From Eledone cirrhosa (taxonomy: Eukaryota): 64,000 bases of DNA. How positions within the stretch are numbered: position 1 is the first letter of the stretch; every line of letters starts with the position of its first letter. The stretch is from NCBI GenBank assembly GCA_964016885.1, contig OZ024741.1, positions 37,448,001 to 37,512,000 of the forward strand, in the 5' to 3' direction. A model generated the notes under the pieces. The model ran no database searches and was not told the DNA's origin. It saw only the letters and a list, made by a program, of their open reading frames with translations. Below are positions 13,057-26,164 of this stretch, piece after piece. The translations under genes were made by a program, and so were the position numbers.

Positions 13057-13932
13057 CAGGATGAGGACGATATTTGTTCGCAATTTTCAATTCCTAATTT
13101 TATGCAAATTTTTTTTACTTCCGTTGTCACTCTTGTCTTCATAAAAACAGTGACTATATTTCCATTATATATTTTCAGAATAACTGATTATGAATAATTT
13201 TGAACCTCCAAATTTGTGGAAGAGACACAGAGTTCTTCTTGGAATCCAAACTGGGAGGACAAATAAGGAAATTTCAGAAACTCCCAGAACAACAGGTGGC
13301 TCGCTGTCTCATCCAAAGACGTGCCCAGAGTCATGCAGACAAAGTTTCCAGCAACAACATTGGTCTTAGGTGTCGTCAGTAGTCAAGGTGACGTCATGCC
13401 ACCTCACTTCTTCCCTGAGGGCCTCAAACTGAACACTGATGGCTACATCCGCGTTCTGAGCGAGGTAGTAAAACCCTGGATCAACCAGATAGCTGCAGGT
13501 AGGCCGTACGTGTGGCAGCAAGACTCAGCGCCCTGCCATACCAGCCGAAAGACCCAAGCCTGGCTGTCAGAGAACTTCGTCGACCACACTTCACCTGACA
13601 TCTGGCCTTCCAGCTCGCCTGACTGCAACCCCCTCGACTTCTTTGTGTGGGGTGCAGTAGAACGAGACACCGACAGATCTAGCTGCAATACGAAAGACGA
13701 TCTGAAGGATCACAAGTGCCTTTAGGGGCCTAAGTTGGAGGACAGTGACGAAGGCCTGTAGCCGGTTCTGAGGCCACCATCAAAGCCAATGGCGGGTTTA
13801 TCGAGTGAGATTGAAAGAACAAGTCATGAAGATAAACTGACCCAAGTTTGATAAATATATTTAAAAAAATAAAACTACTGTGTTATTTTTTCCTAGACAG
13901 TAATCTTGCAAACAAATATCGTCCGCACCCTG
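13057..13932 (+). mobile_element. internally deleted Tc1/mariner transposon, DD37D (maT) family
   Basis: 27-bp imperfect TIRs (CAGGATGAGGACGATATTTGTTCGCAA / CAGGGTGCGGACGATATTTGTTTGCAA) with TA on both sides. Confidence 0.92.
13321..13725 (+). pseudogene. DD37D transposase catalytic-domain fragment
   Basis: WQQDSAPCH...WPSSSPDCNPLDF with 37 residues between the second and third Asp; N-terminal HTH absent. Confidence 0.9.
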
Positions 13933-13934
13933 TA

Positions 13935-16657
13935 TCATCATCATCATCATCGTTTAACGTCCATCTTCCACGCTTGCATGGGTTTGGACGGGAATTTTCC
14001 CATTTGAGGCAAGATTGGTTGTCTTGCTTGTATAGGACTGTCTGGCGGGTTTTCTACAGCTGGATGCCCTTCCTAACACCAACCACGTTTACAGTGTGGA
14101 CTGGGAGGTTTTTACCGCGTTACCTACATGGCGACATTACAGCGTGGACTGTGTTTTTTTTGTTGTGACACCTACATGACCTCATTTATTTCGGACTGGA
14201 TGTTGTGGTACCAACATAACTTCACATTTAAGGGGTGGTGTGGATGGGGCGGGTGTGTACTTTTTTTTTTTTTGTTAAGAGGTGTCTACTGACTGTAGGT
14301 TTCGCTTTGTACTTAGGCAAGGCGGGTCTTCTGTATTACTGTGTAGTGCCAAAGATCTCGGTCCAGTGACATTGTCTTGGAGAGGTGTAAGTGTGTGAAG
14401 TCAGAATTTATCAAGTCATCCTAGGTTTTTCTGTGTCTGCCTACTCCGTGGCTACCGTCTATTTTTATCGCCCTCCACTTTTTTATACAGCTGTCGTCTT
14501 TCATGCGCATCACGTGACCATACCAACGTAGTCTTCTCTCGAGTAAATAACATCTAATTTCTCTTACTCCTAATTTCTCCCTTAGTTCATTTATGCTTTG
14601 CTGTTCACGTATATTACTATTACACATCCAGCGGAGCATGCAAGCTTTGTTCCTCTCCAGTCTGTGAATATCCTCTGCACACAATGCCCAAGTCCCACTG
14701 CCATGTAACATTACTGTTCGTATGCAGGCATCATACAGCCTGCTTTTCATTTTTAGAGAGAACCCTTTAGCAGCCAATAGTGGTATAAGCTCTCTAAACT
14801 TTTTCGATCCCGTTCTGACTCTAGCTACTGTACTTTCAGAGCACCCTCCACCACTGCTGATTTTGTCACCCAGGTAACGGAAGGTGTCCACTATTTCTAT
14901 AGAACCATCTGTGCAATGGAATGAGCTAGTATTCTGTGAGCACTTGCTGCTACTTATTGCATCTGAGCACTGGCCACATATAAAATCTATATTCTTAGTT
15001 AGCTTACCTGTGATCCCACTACATCTTTTATGCACCCATACTTTGCATTTGGGACATAAAATGGAGTTTCTGCCTACTCCTTTCCTACACACTGAGCATG
15101 GCCATTTCCCAGATGGGACCAGTGCCCTATTTTCCTTCCTACAAACTAGAACTTTAGTCTTAGACAGGTTAATTTTAAGGCCTTTTGATTCTAGGCCATG
15201 CTTCCATGTTTGGAATTTCTTCTCTAGTCCAGCCATTGATTCAGCTATGAGCGTTAGATCATCTGCGTATAGGAGTCCCTATAGGCAGCCGGTCTTGAAC
15301 TCCTCTGTTATAGCCTGAAAGGCAATAATAAATAGTAGGGGGCTAAGGACGGAGCCCTGATGAACACCAACTTTTACGCTAAACTCTTCACTATATTCGT
15401 TGTTAATTCTAACCTTGCTGACTGTTTCTTTATACATGGCTTGTATAGCTCTCACAAGCCATTTATCAACACCTAGTTTTCTAAGAGCCCACCAGATAAT
15501 GGAGCGGGGTACTCTGTCAAAGGCTTTCTCCAAGTCAACAAAAGCTAAGTATAGGGGTTTACTTTTAGCTAGGTACTTCTCCTGTAGTTGTCGTACAATG
15601 AAAAGTGCGTCTGTTGTACTTTTACCTGACACAAACCCGAACTGCATTTCATCTAGATCAATTCGCTCTCTGATTAGTTGCGCTATTACTTTTTCTGTGA
15701 CCTTCATGACCTGGTCAATTAATTTAATGCCTCTATAGTTTCCCCTATCTAGGGCATCTCCTTTGCCCTTGTAGCAGTTAATGATGCTGCTACTACACCA
15801 GTCCTTCGGAACGACCCCATTCTGTATGACTATGTTTACTATCCGGGTAGCCATAGTGTGTCCCACCGTTCCAGATGCTTTCAGCATTTCAGCAACTATT
15901 TCCGAAGGCCCAGCCGCCTTGCCTGTCTTCATATCTTTGATCGCCTTACTTATTATACTACCTTCAACTTGTACTTCTGGTCCCTCTATTGGATCGATAT
16001 GTGGGAGACTGTCTTTCTCCCAATTATTCTCCTCATTTAGTAGCCTTTCGGAGTGACACTTCCAAGCTACCTTCTCATCAGTGTCAGTGATGGCAAGTAC
16101 ACCATCATCACTAAGGACACACTTCTCCCCGACAATATCACGGTTTTCCTTGACACATTGCCTAGCAATCCTGAACACTTCACGTTTTTGGTCCTCGTGT
16201 TGTAGAACATGCTTGAACTTTCTTTCCTCTGCTTCCCTTCTTGTGAAGTACACTACGCCATGCTTTCTAAGCCTGCTTTTTGGCCTTGATTGACTCCTCC
16301 ACCTTACTGTTCCACCACCAAGTTACTCTCCTCCTGCCAATAGGTCTGCTCCAGCCACAGATTTCATCTGTCGCCTTCAGCAGGTTAGCTTTCAGGAATT
16401 CCCACTGTTCCTCTATATTGTATGACTCTAATTGCTCTTCCTTACTATCAAAAGCATCAAGTAATATGCTTTTAAATTTATTACTGGCTGTGGGGTCCTT
16501 TAGCTTCCATATTTTTCTCCTGAGGATAGTCCTCTTCTGTTGTCGAGTACATCTCGTCCTGACTATGAGGTTGTTAATTATGAGTCTATGTTGAGAGGTG
16601 CATTCTTCATGGGGGAGGGATTTAGTGTTTACAACAGACACTCTGTCATGTCTTCTG
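13935..16657 (-). mobile_element. 5'-truncated RTE LINE family B copy with stops
   Basis: ORF pieces 16641-16267, 16253-15279 and 15236-14421; ~350-nt 3' UTR; (GAT)n tail. Confidence 0.95.
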
Positions 16658-16682
16658 GTATATGTATATATATATATATATG

Positions 16683-16723
<41 letters not shown>

Positions 16724-16799
16724 TATATATATATGTATTATATATATATGTATTATATATATATGTATATGTATGTATATATATATATATATATTTATG

Positions 16800-17400
16800 C
16801 CAGTTGGTGCTACTGGTAACATGTATCCCAGTACAACCTGTCCCATGGTCGGGTCGTTGACGACTAAACTGGCAACCCCACCAAGGTTTCTTGGTGAGGA
16901 GGGTGACTTTGGACATCCTGCAGGACTAAAAACAAAACCTGTCAAAGGGCAAAGGAGCTCTTAAGAGTCAATGGCCATCCAAAATCACCGGGAGGGATGA
17001 CCCCTTAGCCTTTGTCAAGGCAGAATTCTAGGAGAAGGAAAACTCTGATATAACACCTGCAACCCTGATGGTATCCAATGATGTTGACTTGTTCTTCTTT
17101 TTGGTAAATATCATCTTGGTTAAGAGAGTGGGACTGGCTTTGTGCAGTGCCTTTGCTCACTATAAAAGCTTCACGGCACAGGCATTGCTTTATATCTGGA
17201 GATCTCTCTGCACTTGTCGTCACATGGTACCATGGGCCCAGCACTATGTGTCAGTAATTGTCACAAGTGTAGTGTTTGTACCAGAGTTTTCAAGTCGCTG
17301 GCTGGACTAAAAAGTCACACTCGTTCAGCGCATCGGTAGGGGTTCTCCTACATGGATATAAAGTAGTGGCCGTACTCGAAAACGAGTTGGCAGCCACCAT
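16800..17400 (+). mobile_element. bipartite or internally deleted RTE(BovB)-like element: 5' UTR joined to a C2H2-finger 3' end
   Basis: RTE 5'UTR-like CTAGGAGAAGGAAAACTCTG; 17268-17339 translates CSVCTRVFKSLAGLKSHTRSAHR*; short 3' hairpin CTCGAAAACGAG. Confidence 0.65.
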
Positions 17401-17623
17401 ATTTATGTATGTGTATGTATATATATGTAAATGTATGTATATATATGTGTGTATATATATATATATATTTATATATTTATATTTATATATTTATTATAAT
17501 AAATTGAAGTGAAAGCAACTGGTGCGTGTGTTTCTTATTGGCAACATGACCCTCCCAAAGTATAACAATATCGGTTTCAACACACGTTTTCAGATAAAGA
17601 ATCTTGCTAAACAAATTCAGAAA

Positions 17624-17666
<43 letters not shown>

Positions 17667-17804
17667 GAAGTTGTATTTAATTTGTTGGAATTCCAATAAA
17701 CATACATGTTTATAACTGATTTAGAGCACTCAACATGTTACTGGAGTAAATATTCCATGATATTAAATAAATGGAAACTATATCTATATTTATAAAACCA
17801 TATT

Positions 17805-17975
<171 letters not shown>

Positions 17976-18659
17976 GAATAAATAATCAGAATCATTTTTA
18001 TAATTGAATCTTTCAGTAAAAGTATATTTAAATGAGTTACTAATCTGTTTAATGTTTGTGGAATAAATTCTTTGCATATGGTGAATAACGTATTTAATGT
18101 GGGTATCACAATCCAATAGTGTATTATTTTGGCAAACAATCACCTCTAGAGTTTTGCACTAATTGATTAAAGGAAGCATAAAATAGACGTTTAAATGATT
18201 ATGCTGGTTCCAGCTTGGATGGCAATTAGGTATCATTTCACGCTCTAGCGAGCCTCAGCTAGCAAGGATGTCTTTTAGAGTTAAAACATAGAACAGAATG
18301 TATTACTGTCAGGGAACTAGAGCAGAAGACATTGCTATTTGCAAGCTAGATTTGTTTTGAGTTTTCATAGCTTTTTTTCTATATTTCTTTAAAGAAATTT
18401 CTTTATTGCTTGAATATATCAAGTCCAGTGATTATAAGTTTTGTGGCAGTTTTGTTGCTTCCGTTTTATTTCAACCATTTATATTTCTGCTGAAAGATTG
18501 TTGTGTGTGAAAAACAGTTTGAGTACATCAGCAAAAAAAAAAAAAATCATCTAATTATTTCTTGACTGATTTATGGTTTAAATAATTTTATAATGTATTT
18601 AAAGTAAGTACGATTTAATGTTTTAAGTTTTGTTTTGAAATTCTCAAACAAGTATAAGC

Positions 18660-18970
18660 TGGCTGTGTGTTTAAGGAGTTTGCTTTTCAACCATTCTGTT
18701 TCAGGTTCAGTTTCATTATGAGAAAATGTTTCTATCATAGTCTTAGGTTGACAAATGCTTCATGAGTGAAATTTGAAGATAGAAACTGCAGAAGCCTGTT
18801 GTTTATATATATTTGCCAGCAAGGAAAACGAATGATAAATGATGATAATATATATGTATATATGTATGTGTGTGTTCCATGTCTGTGTTTGTATTTGTGT
18901 CTGTTTATCTCCCATAACTTAGCACTTTGACAAAAAGAGATTGATAAAATAAGTATCAGACTTAATAATA
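18660..18970 (+). mobile_element. degenerate tRNA-SINE
   Basis: GGCTGTGTG..AAG..TTTGCTT..CAACCA...GGTTCAGT head, GAAACTG.AGAAGCC and an internal microsatellite; family recognised from memory only. Confidence 0.45.
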
Positions 18971-19197
18971 AGAAAGTTTGCTATACTACTAAATCACTCC
19001 AAATTCTTGATTTTGAAAATGATTTAAATAGTAAAGATAGTGTCATTCATTAGTAATTGATTGTGAGTTAATTCTAATTTTATTGTGCTAAGAATGAGTC
19101 ATTTTCTTTAATTTTACAACCATAGACAAACAGAATATATTTTAAAGTTTGATGTATTTTTGCGTTTTGAATATTTGTTTATACTTGTAATATTCGA

Positions 19198-19472
19198 GGT
19201 CTATCTTGAGCCTAGAGATTAATCAGGCCGAAGCTTATCTTAGCTTCATTAGGCAATAAACAACTGAGAACACAAGACTCCCTCTCTGGACAGGATGCCA
19301 GTCCAGTGCAAGGTTACAAAAGAATTGCTTCTACTAGTACTCATTTTGTTCGGATGAGTGAACTGGACCAACATGAAATGATGTACCTTGTTCAAGGAAA
19401 CAATACATTGCCCAATCCAGGGATCGAACCATGACCTTATGATTATGAGATTTACATATTAACCACTAGGCC
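19198..19472 (-). mobile_element. tRNA-SINE family S3
   Basis: Reverse complement resembles 42482-42755 (tRNA head, CORE-like segment, TGGACTGGCATCCTGTCCAG). Confidence 0.7.
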
Positions 19473-21647
19473 TCAAAATCTTTCATTTGAAAATATTAAT
19501 AGCTAATTATATTGATAATATAGCATGAAAAACTTTTTATAAAAACATATAAAATTTACATAGACTAATATTTAAAATTTTTTTTTTTTTTTTTTGCTCC
19601 TACTCAGCTCTATCTGAACAGTCCTATGATCAAAGCTAACCCTAACCCATATGCCGAGGTAACTGAAATATATGTACCTACCATTCTTACACTAATGTAC
19701 GTTTATTATACATAAACATTGTATATAGGTTCATATATATATGTCTTTATTCTGAATCCCACTGTATTAGTGTTGTATCTAAATTTTGATATAGTAATGA
19801 TAGTTTAATTTACGTGCTGCATTCACCCACAGCCATTCCATTCAATGTAAATTGGTAATATAAGCTAATAACATTCCCAAACCTTCCTTTTTGTCATACA
19901 CTTGAATTATTTTAAATAGAAAAAAGGTATTATTTATTTAATTTATTATTTATTTTATTTTGCATGCTATATAATTCTTTCCCTCTTGGGTGGTCTTTCA
20001 ATTTCGAGATTAGAATTTCCAAGTTTTTACTATAACTCAGTCTATCTGATGAAGTATTCCAACCAGTCATAGAGCTTATCAAATTTCTTTTGCAATTTTT
20101 TTAATTTCCACCTCTATCATCATCATCATCACCTATCTGTTTTCTATACTGGCATGGGTTAGATGTGTTGTCACAGCCTGAGACTTGGCCTGTTGAGGAA
20201 TCATATCTTGCTTATATATTCCATTTTTAGCATGGCTTCCACAGCTGTATGTCCTTCTTAATGCTAACTACTTTACAGAGTTGATGATAGGAAAGCCCTT
20301 CTACCATTAAATACTGCCTTAAAAACCCCATCAAACTCATGCCAGTATGGAAAGTCGGCTGTAAAGTGATGATGCTGATTGTGATGATGCAGCAGGGTGT
20401 TTTAAGACAACCTTGCAACTCCATGATAGTGTCCATTTTGAAGTAACATTTTATGGCTGGGTGCCTTTCCTGCCACCAACACCTTTGGTCGTTTCTTTTG
20501 ACATGCAGGGCTATGGTATACCTCTTCTAAATCAAATAAATGCACTATATGAGTGTGATGAAATGATGATGTGTATGATTTATTATTTTTTGTTTGTAAG
20601 CATTTGTATGTGGAAGAATTCTTGAATCCTGTTTCTCATCAACTTCACCATTCTCACTCCCTATCTGTCCACTGCCAGCCAAAAGCATCCAGTTGTGAAA
20701 TATTGCCTCAAAAAGAATCCCACGATGAGTATAAAGCCTGTCATAAGGCCCTCATAGCTAACCACTGCTTTAGTTGGGAAAATGGCCTTAAAATGCTTCT
20801 TGTTGTATTAGTTTTCTGTCTCTTCTAAATTACACTTTCCCTTCTCTCTTTATTCTATAACTGTTTCATATACTTTCTCTGCCCTTTTATCTTGTTCAAG
20901 TAATTTATTCCTTCATTTTATGGCCCATGTATACCCTATCTGCCACTTCCCATCAATTATTTTGTGCTTGTTACTTATATTTTATGCAGTCATGTTTTAT
21001 TTTGTATGTAAAATGTCCTTCACTTTGCGCTTCCTTTGTTATTTGTGAATAAAAACATTTCCTTTCTACAACCCCTTATTTTTACCTGTTCTTTTATTGT
21101 TATAGCTAATCTCCTCTGAATAGAAATTTTTCTACCTTGAAAATTATTTCCTTTCATTCTCCTATCTTAATAAAACTAGAGAGGAATATCAAAGGTGGTG
21201 TGGCATCTGTTTATATATGCTGTAATGTTAGGCAGATCTGAAAGAGAAAGAAACTTACTTATTGATGAGGCAGTCCCCTATCAGTTCATTGAATGTTCTT
21301 TTTCAGAGGCTGTAGTGTAGCTAGATATTTGAAATTCTTTTATTCTTTTCAGTCTGTGGCTATGTTGGACTGACTTCTATTACTATGATAAGGCAGTCTT
21401 CTATTGCTATCAGCTCATTGAGTACACTTTTTCAGAGGCTGTAGTATAGCTAGATATTTGAAATTCTTTTATTCTTTTACTGGTTTCTGTCATTAGACTG
21501 TGGCTATGCTGGGGCAATACCTTGAGTCAATCATATCAACTCTAATACTTAAGTCTGGTGCTTAATTTTTAGATCTCATTTTTTGTCAAATTATTATGGG
21601 ACACAAACACAAATGTAAATAGAGATACGGCAAAATAGAGAAGCTTT

Positions 21648-23565
21648 TAATGCACTTTTTTATACAGCTGTCGTCTTTAATGCGCATCACGTGGCCATAC
21701 CAACGTAGTCTTCTCTCAAGTAAACAGCATCTGATCCCTCTTATTCCTAATTTCTCACTTAGTTCATTTATGCTTTGCCGTTCATGTATATTACTATTAC
21801 ACATCCAACGGAGCATGCATGCTTCGTTCCTTTCCATTCTGCGTAGGTCCTCTGCACGCAATGCCCATGTCTCACTGCCATGTAACATTGCTGTTCGTAT
21901 ACAGGCATCAAACAATCTACCTTTCATTTTTAGAGAGAAACCTTTTGTGGCCAACAGTGGTATAAGCTCTCTGAACTTTTTCCATCCCGTTCTGACTCTG
22001 GCTACTGTACTTTCAAAACACCCTCCACCACTGCTGATTTCATCACTCAGGTAATGGAAGGTGTCCACTATTTCTATAGAAACATCTGGGCAATAGAAGG
22101 AGCTAGTATCCTGTGGGCACTTACTACTTATTGCACCTGAGCATCGGCCACATATAAAGTCTCCGTTTTAGATAGTTTACCATAATTGCATTTGGGACAT
22201 AAAATGGAATTTCTGCCTACTCCTTTTCTACACACTGAGCATGGCCATTTCCCTGAGGGCACCTGTGTCCTATTTTCCTTTCTATAAACTAGAACTTTAG
22301 TCTTAGACAAGTTAACTTTAAGGCCTTTTGATTCTAGGCCATGCTTCCATGTTTGGAATTTCTTCTCTAGTTCAGCCATAGATTCAGCTATGAGAATTAA
22401 ATTATCTGCGTATAGGAGTTCCCATGGGCAGCCGGTCTTGAACTCCTCTGTTATAGCCTGAAGGGCAATAATAAATTGGAGGGGGCTAAGGACAGAGCCT
22501 TGATGAACACCAACTTTTACACTAAATTCTTCACAATATTCATTGTTAATTCTAACCTTACTGACTGTTTCTTTATACATGGCTTGTATAGCTCTCATAA
22601 GCCATTCATCTACATTTAGTTTTCTGAGAGCTCACCAGATAATGGAGCGGGGGACTTTGTCAAAGGGTTTCTCCTGGTCTACAAAAGTTAAGTAGAGGGG
22701 TTACTTTTAGCTAGGTACTTCTCCTGTCGTACAAGGAAAAGTGCGTCTGTGGTACTTTTACCTCACACAAACCCAAACTGCATTTCATCTAGATCAATTC
22801 GCTCTTTGATTAGTTGCGCTATAACTCTTTCTGTGACCTTCATGACCTGGTCAACTAACTTAATGCCTCTATAGTTTCCCCTATCTAGAGCATCCCCTTT
22901 ACCCTTGTAGCAGTTAATGATGCTGCTGTTACGCCAGTCTTTTGGTATGACCCTATTCTGTATTACTTGGTTAACTATATGGGTGACCATAGCATGTCCC
23001 ACCATTCCAGATGCCTTCAACATCTCAGCAACTATCTCCGAAGGCCCAGCTGCCTTGCCTGTCTTCATATCTTTGATTGCCTTACTTATTATACTACCTT
23101 TAACTTGCACCGCTGGTCCGTCTATTGGATCGATTTGGGGCAGACTATCCTTTTCCCATTTATTCTCCTCATTTAATAGTTTCTCGTAGTGACACTTCCA
23201 GGCTATCTTCTCATCAGTATCACTGAGGGTAAGTACACCATTATCACTACGGACACACTTCTCCCCGACAATATCACGGTTTTCCTTGACACATTGCCTA
23301 GCAAACCTGAACACCTCACGCTTTTGGTCCTCACGTTGTAGAACATGCTTGAACTTTCTTTCCTCTGCTTCCCTTTTTGAAAGGTACACTTGTCTCCTAG
23401 CTTCTCTCCTGGCCACTTGATAGTGCTCTCTACTTCCCCCATCCTGCCATACTTTCCAAGCCAGCATTTTGGCCTTGATTGTCTCCTCCACCTTACTGTT
23501 TCACCACCAAGTTACTCTCCTCCTGCGAATAGGTCTGCTCCAGCCACAGATTTCATCCGTTGCTT

Positions 23566-23571
<6 letters not shown>
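21648..23571 (-). mobile_element. degenerate RTE family B copy lacking both ends
   Basis: ORF pieces 23491-22763, 22598-22128 and 22068-21586, collinear with 14470-16385. Confidence 0.93.
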
Positions 23572-23603
<32 letters not shown>

Positions 23604-23604
<1 letters not shown>

Positions 23605-25420
23605 TAGCAGTATATAATACAGTATATAATAACTGCTATTTAATACCCGGCGTTGCTCGGGTATTAAATAGCAGTTATGTATACCATTTATGTCAATACT
23701 TCAGTGCTGCTTCAAAAACTATACTTTTACAAAATCATCGGCTTTTTCCCAAAGGGGGTTCCTGCCCCCAGGGGTCCCCTACTCAATATATGCCAATTCA
23801 CATTTATCTGTAGAACAAACGTAGCCCATGTGTCAAGTTTTGTGAAAATCGGTTGCGAACTCCAGAAGTTATGACGTTTTGTTGTATTGCACTGCAGTGC
23901 TTCAGTCGACTCCAAGGAAGCGGTTGAAGGGGGTTATCTGCCGGAAGGCCCTATAATTAATATCTGGAAAAATGAAAGTGCCCATGACCATCCAGGAGTA
24001 CATAAGTAACCTATGTCTTAAGTTTGGTGAAAATACTGTAGAAATGCATAAGGCTTACACACACACGCACATGCGTGCATCCGTGCGTGTGTGTGACTTT
24101 GTGTGTGCGTATGTATATGTATGTGTATGTCCGTTGGCGCATACGTATGTACTGGCCTAAATCTTCACTATTTACTTTTACTATTTTAATAATCTCTGTC
24201 ATTTTCGTTTTCAATTTTATTTACATCATTCTTAAACTCCGGGGCTGGAAATCATTTGGTTATTTTAAATAGAATATTAGTCTAATGACTCCATTTATAC
24301 CATAAACTTGGTCTTGTCTTTGCATGAAATTGTTCTTCTCAGTCCACATAACGACGTATTATCCTCGCTTATTTTCCCGTTCATTGCCAGGGAACGTCTT
24401 CACGAACCAAAATATCGTCTTCCTGTTTTCCTTCGGTCGGTTGCAACGTTTCTTGAAATATTTACTTTTGCATTCACAGATTAAATTTTTTAGTTTCAGA
24501 AGATCCCGTTAATGTTGAAAGCAGCGATTCTTTGCTTAAACTTTAATCTGTTCTTATGACAAATATATATATATATATATATATAGAGGGACAGAGAGAG
24601 AGAGATGCTTTGTATGGCTTTTGGAGGAAGGAGTGACCAGCAGTACGTTGTTCGGTATTATTACGAAAAGGTATAGCAGAGAATCCCGCGTGAACTAACA
24701 GCTCAGGAGGAAACTGCTTATCTCGGACATTTATTCGCCATCGTTCTTGTCAACGCTCCGTTATTTGGTATTTGTTGGTCTACAGTTAGATGAATGGCAC
24801 ACAAAGAGTTAATGTTTATTGGCAAGAAGTTTTTTGAATAATAAAAGACAGGTTAAAGCAACCTACAATGTATCTGTATATATATATATTTATATATATA
24901 TATATGTGTGTGTGTATGTATGCATATATATATATATGTGTGTATGTATGTATGTATATATATATATATATATGTGTGTGTGTATATATACATATATTTT
25001 TATGTGTATATTTATATATGTGTATATCTATATATGTGTATATGTTTGTATATATATAGATATATATATATGTATATGTGTATATATGTGTGTGTATATG
25101 TATATATGTATATATGTGTGTGTGTGTGTGTGAATGTAGCGAAGATAATACGTCAGCAATGACGTGTTCATCAGAATGTCGTTATGCAGACAGTCAGACA
25201 TACAGACAGATATTATAAGGGCTCGACGGCGATCGATAACCGGCGCCTAACACTCCTTTAACAACAAAAAATTGAAAAATAAAAGCGGCAATTAGTATCG
25301 TTAGACCGCAAGGAATATATAAATGCAAGTTTGAAGTCAATTAGAGTAGAAATGTGGATTTGTATAGACTTTGCAAAAATGAAGAAACACACACAGACAA
25401 CATCAGTTTTATATATATAG
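23604..25420 (-). mobile_element. non-autonomous Helitron
   Basis: Minus-strand 5' TCTATATATATAAAACTG at ~25420; 3' CTAG at 23604 preceded by a CCCGAGCAACGCCGGG hairpin; shares blocks with the 46545 Helitron. Confidence 0.7.
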
Positions 25421-25522
25421 ATATATACACATGTTTATATATATATATATAGATATATACACATGTTTATATATATACATATATATATATATATTATATA
25501 TATATATATCGATTAGGCGAAA

Positions 25523-25622
25523 CCTGCTGATGAAGCCACATGCACCGTTGCATAATATATGCGGACATAGGGTGCAGTGCACCCTACTGCTACATTAAGT
25601 GTCGCTGAAACTCGAGTTCGGG
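25523..25622 (+). ncRNA. Penelope-type (type I minimal) hammerhead ribozyme candidate
   Basis: CTGATGA-AGC...GCT-GAAAC-TCGA-GTT; palindromic loop III; 4-bp stem I. Confidence 0.6.
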
Positions 25623-25900
25623 AACTACTATAGTCACCCATGTATTGAAGCGAATAACTATGTGTCTACTCTGGGAGTGTATTTTACATTACCTATAGAG
25701 TACACTGAGATGCAACCAGTACTAGCATTGACCTATGCTGGGTCCATCAACTTATTATATATATATATATGCAAAAGTTTTATTTAAAATTGTTGGGTTA
25801 CAACGAGTAAATATTTTATAACTAATATAAAGCACTCAACAAGTTTTGGAGTAGATATACGATATTAAACAAATGGAAACTATATTTATAAAACCATATT

Positions 25901-25966
25901 TATTTCATTATACATATTTCAGGGATACCATATTAAAAATATGGCATGCCTTCTTCAGATAAAATA
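25901..25966 (-). ncRNA. type I hammerhead ribozyme (inverted copy)
   Basis: Reverse complement of 26099-26164. Confidence 0.7.
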
Positions 25967-26098
25967 CAATATATAAGCAGTTTTATAAATAAATTTGATG
26001 TACCATAAAATATTGAAACTTCCAAACCAACTTTTTTAAATGGACGTTTCAATATTTTATGGTACGTCAAATTTATTTATAAAACTGCTTATATATTG

Positions 26099-26164
26099 TA
26101 TTTTATCTGAAGAAGGCATGCCATATTTTTAATATGGTATCCCTGAAATATGTATAATGAAATA
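26099..26164 (+). ncRNA. type I hammerhead ribozyme
   Basis: 8-bp stem I (TATTTTAT/ATGAAATA), CTGAAGA, stem II AGG..TGCCATATT/AATATGGTA..CCT, GAAAT-ATGT-ATA. Confidence 0.7.

Noticed and set aside
12287-13090. Antisense ORFs over RTE copies (also 7730-8191, 35873-36502, 54535-54945)
   Set aside because: Shadow frames of the RT coding strand with no independent motifs.
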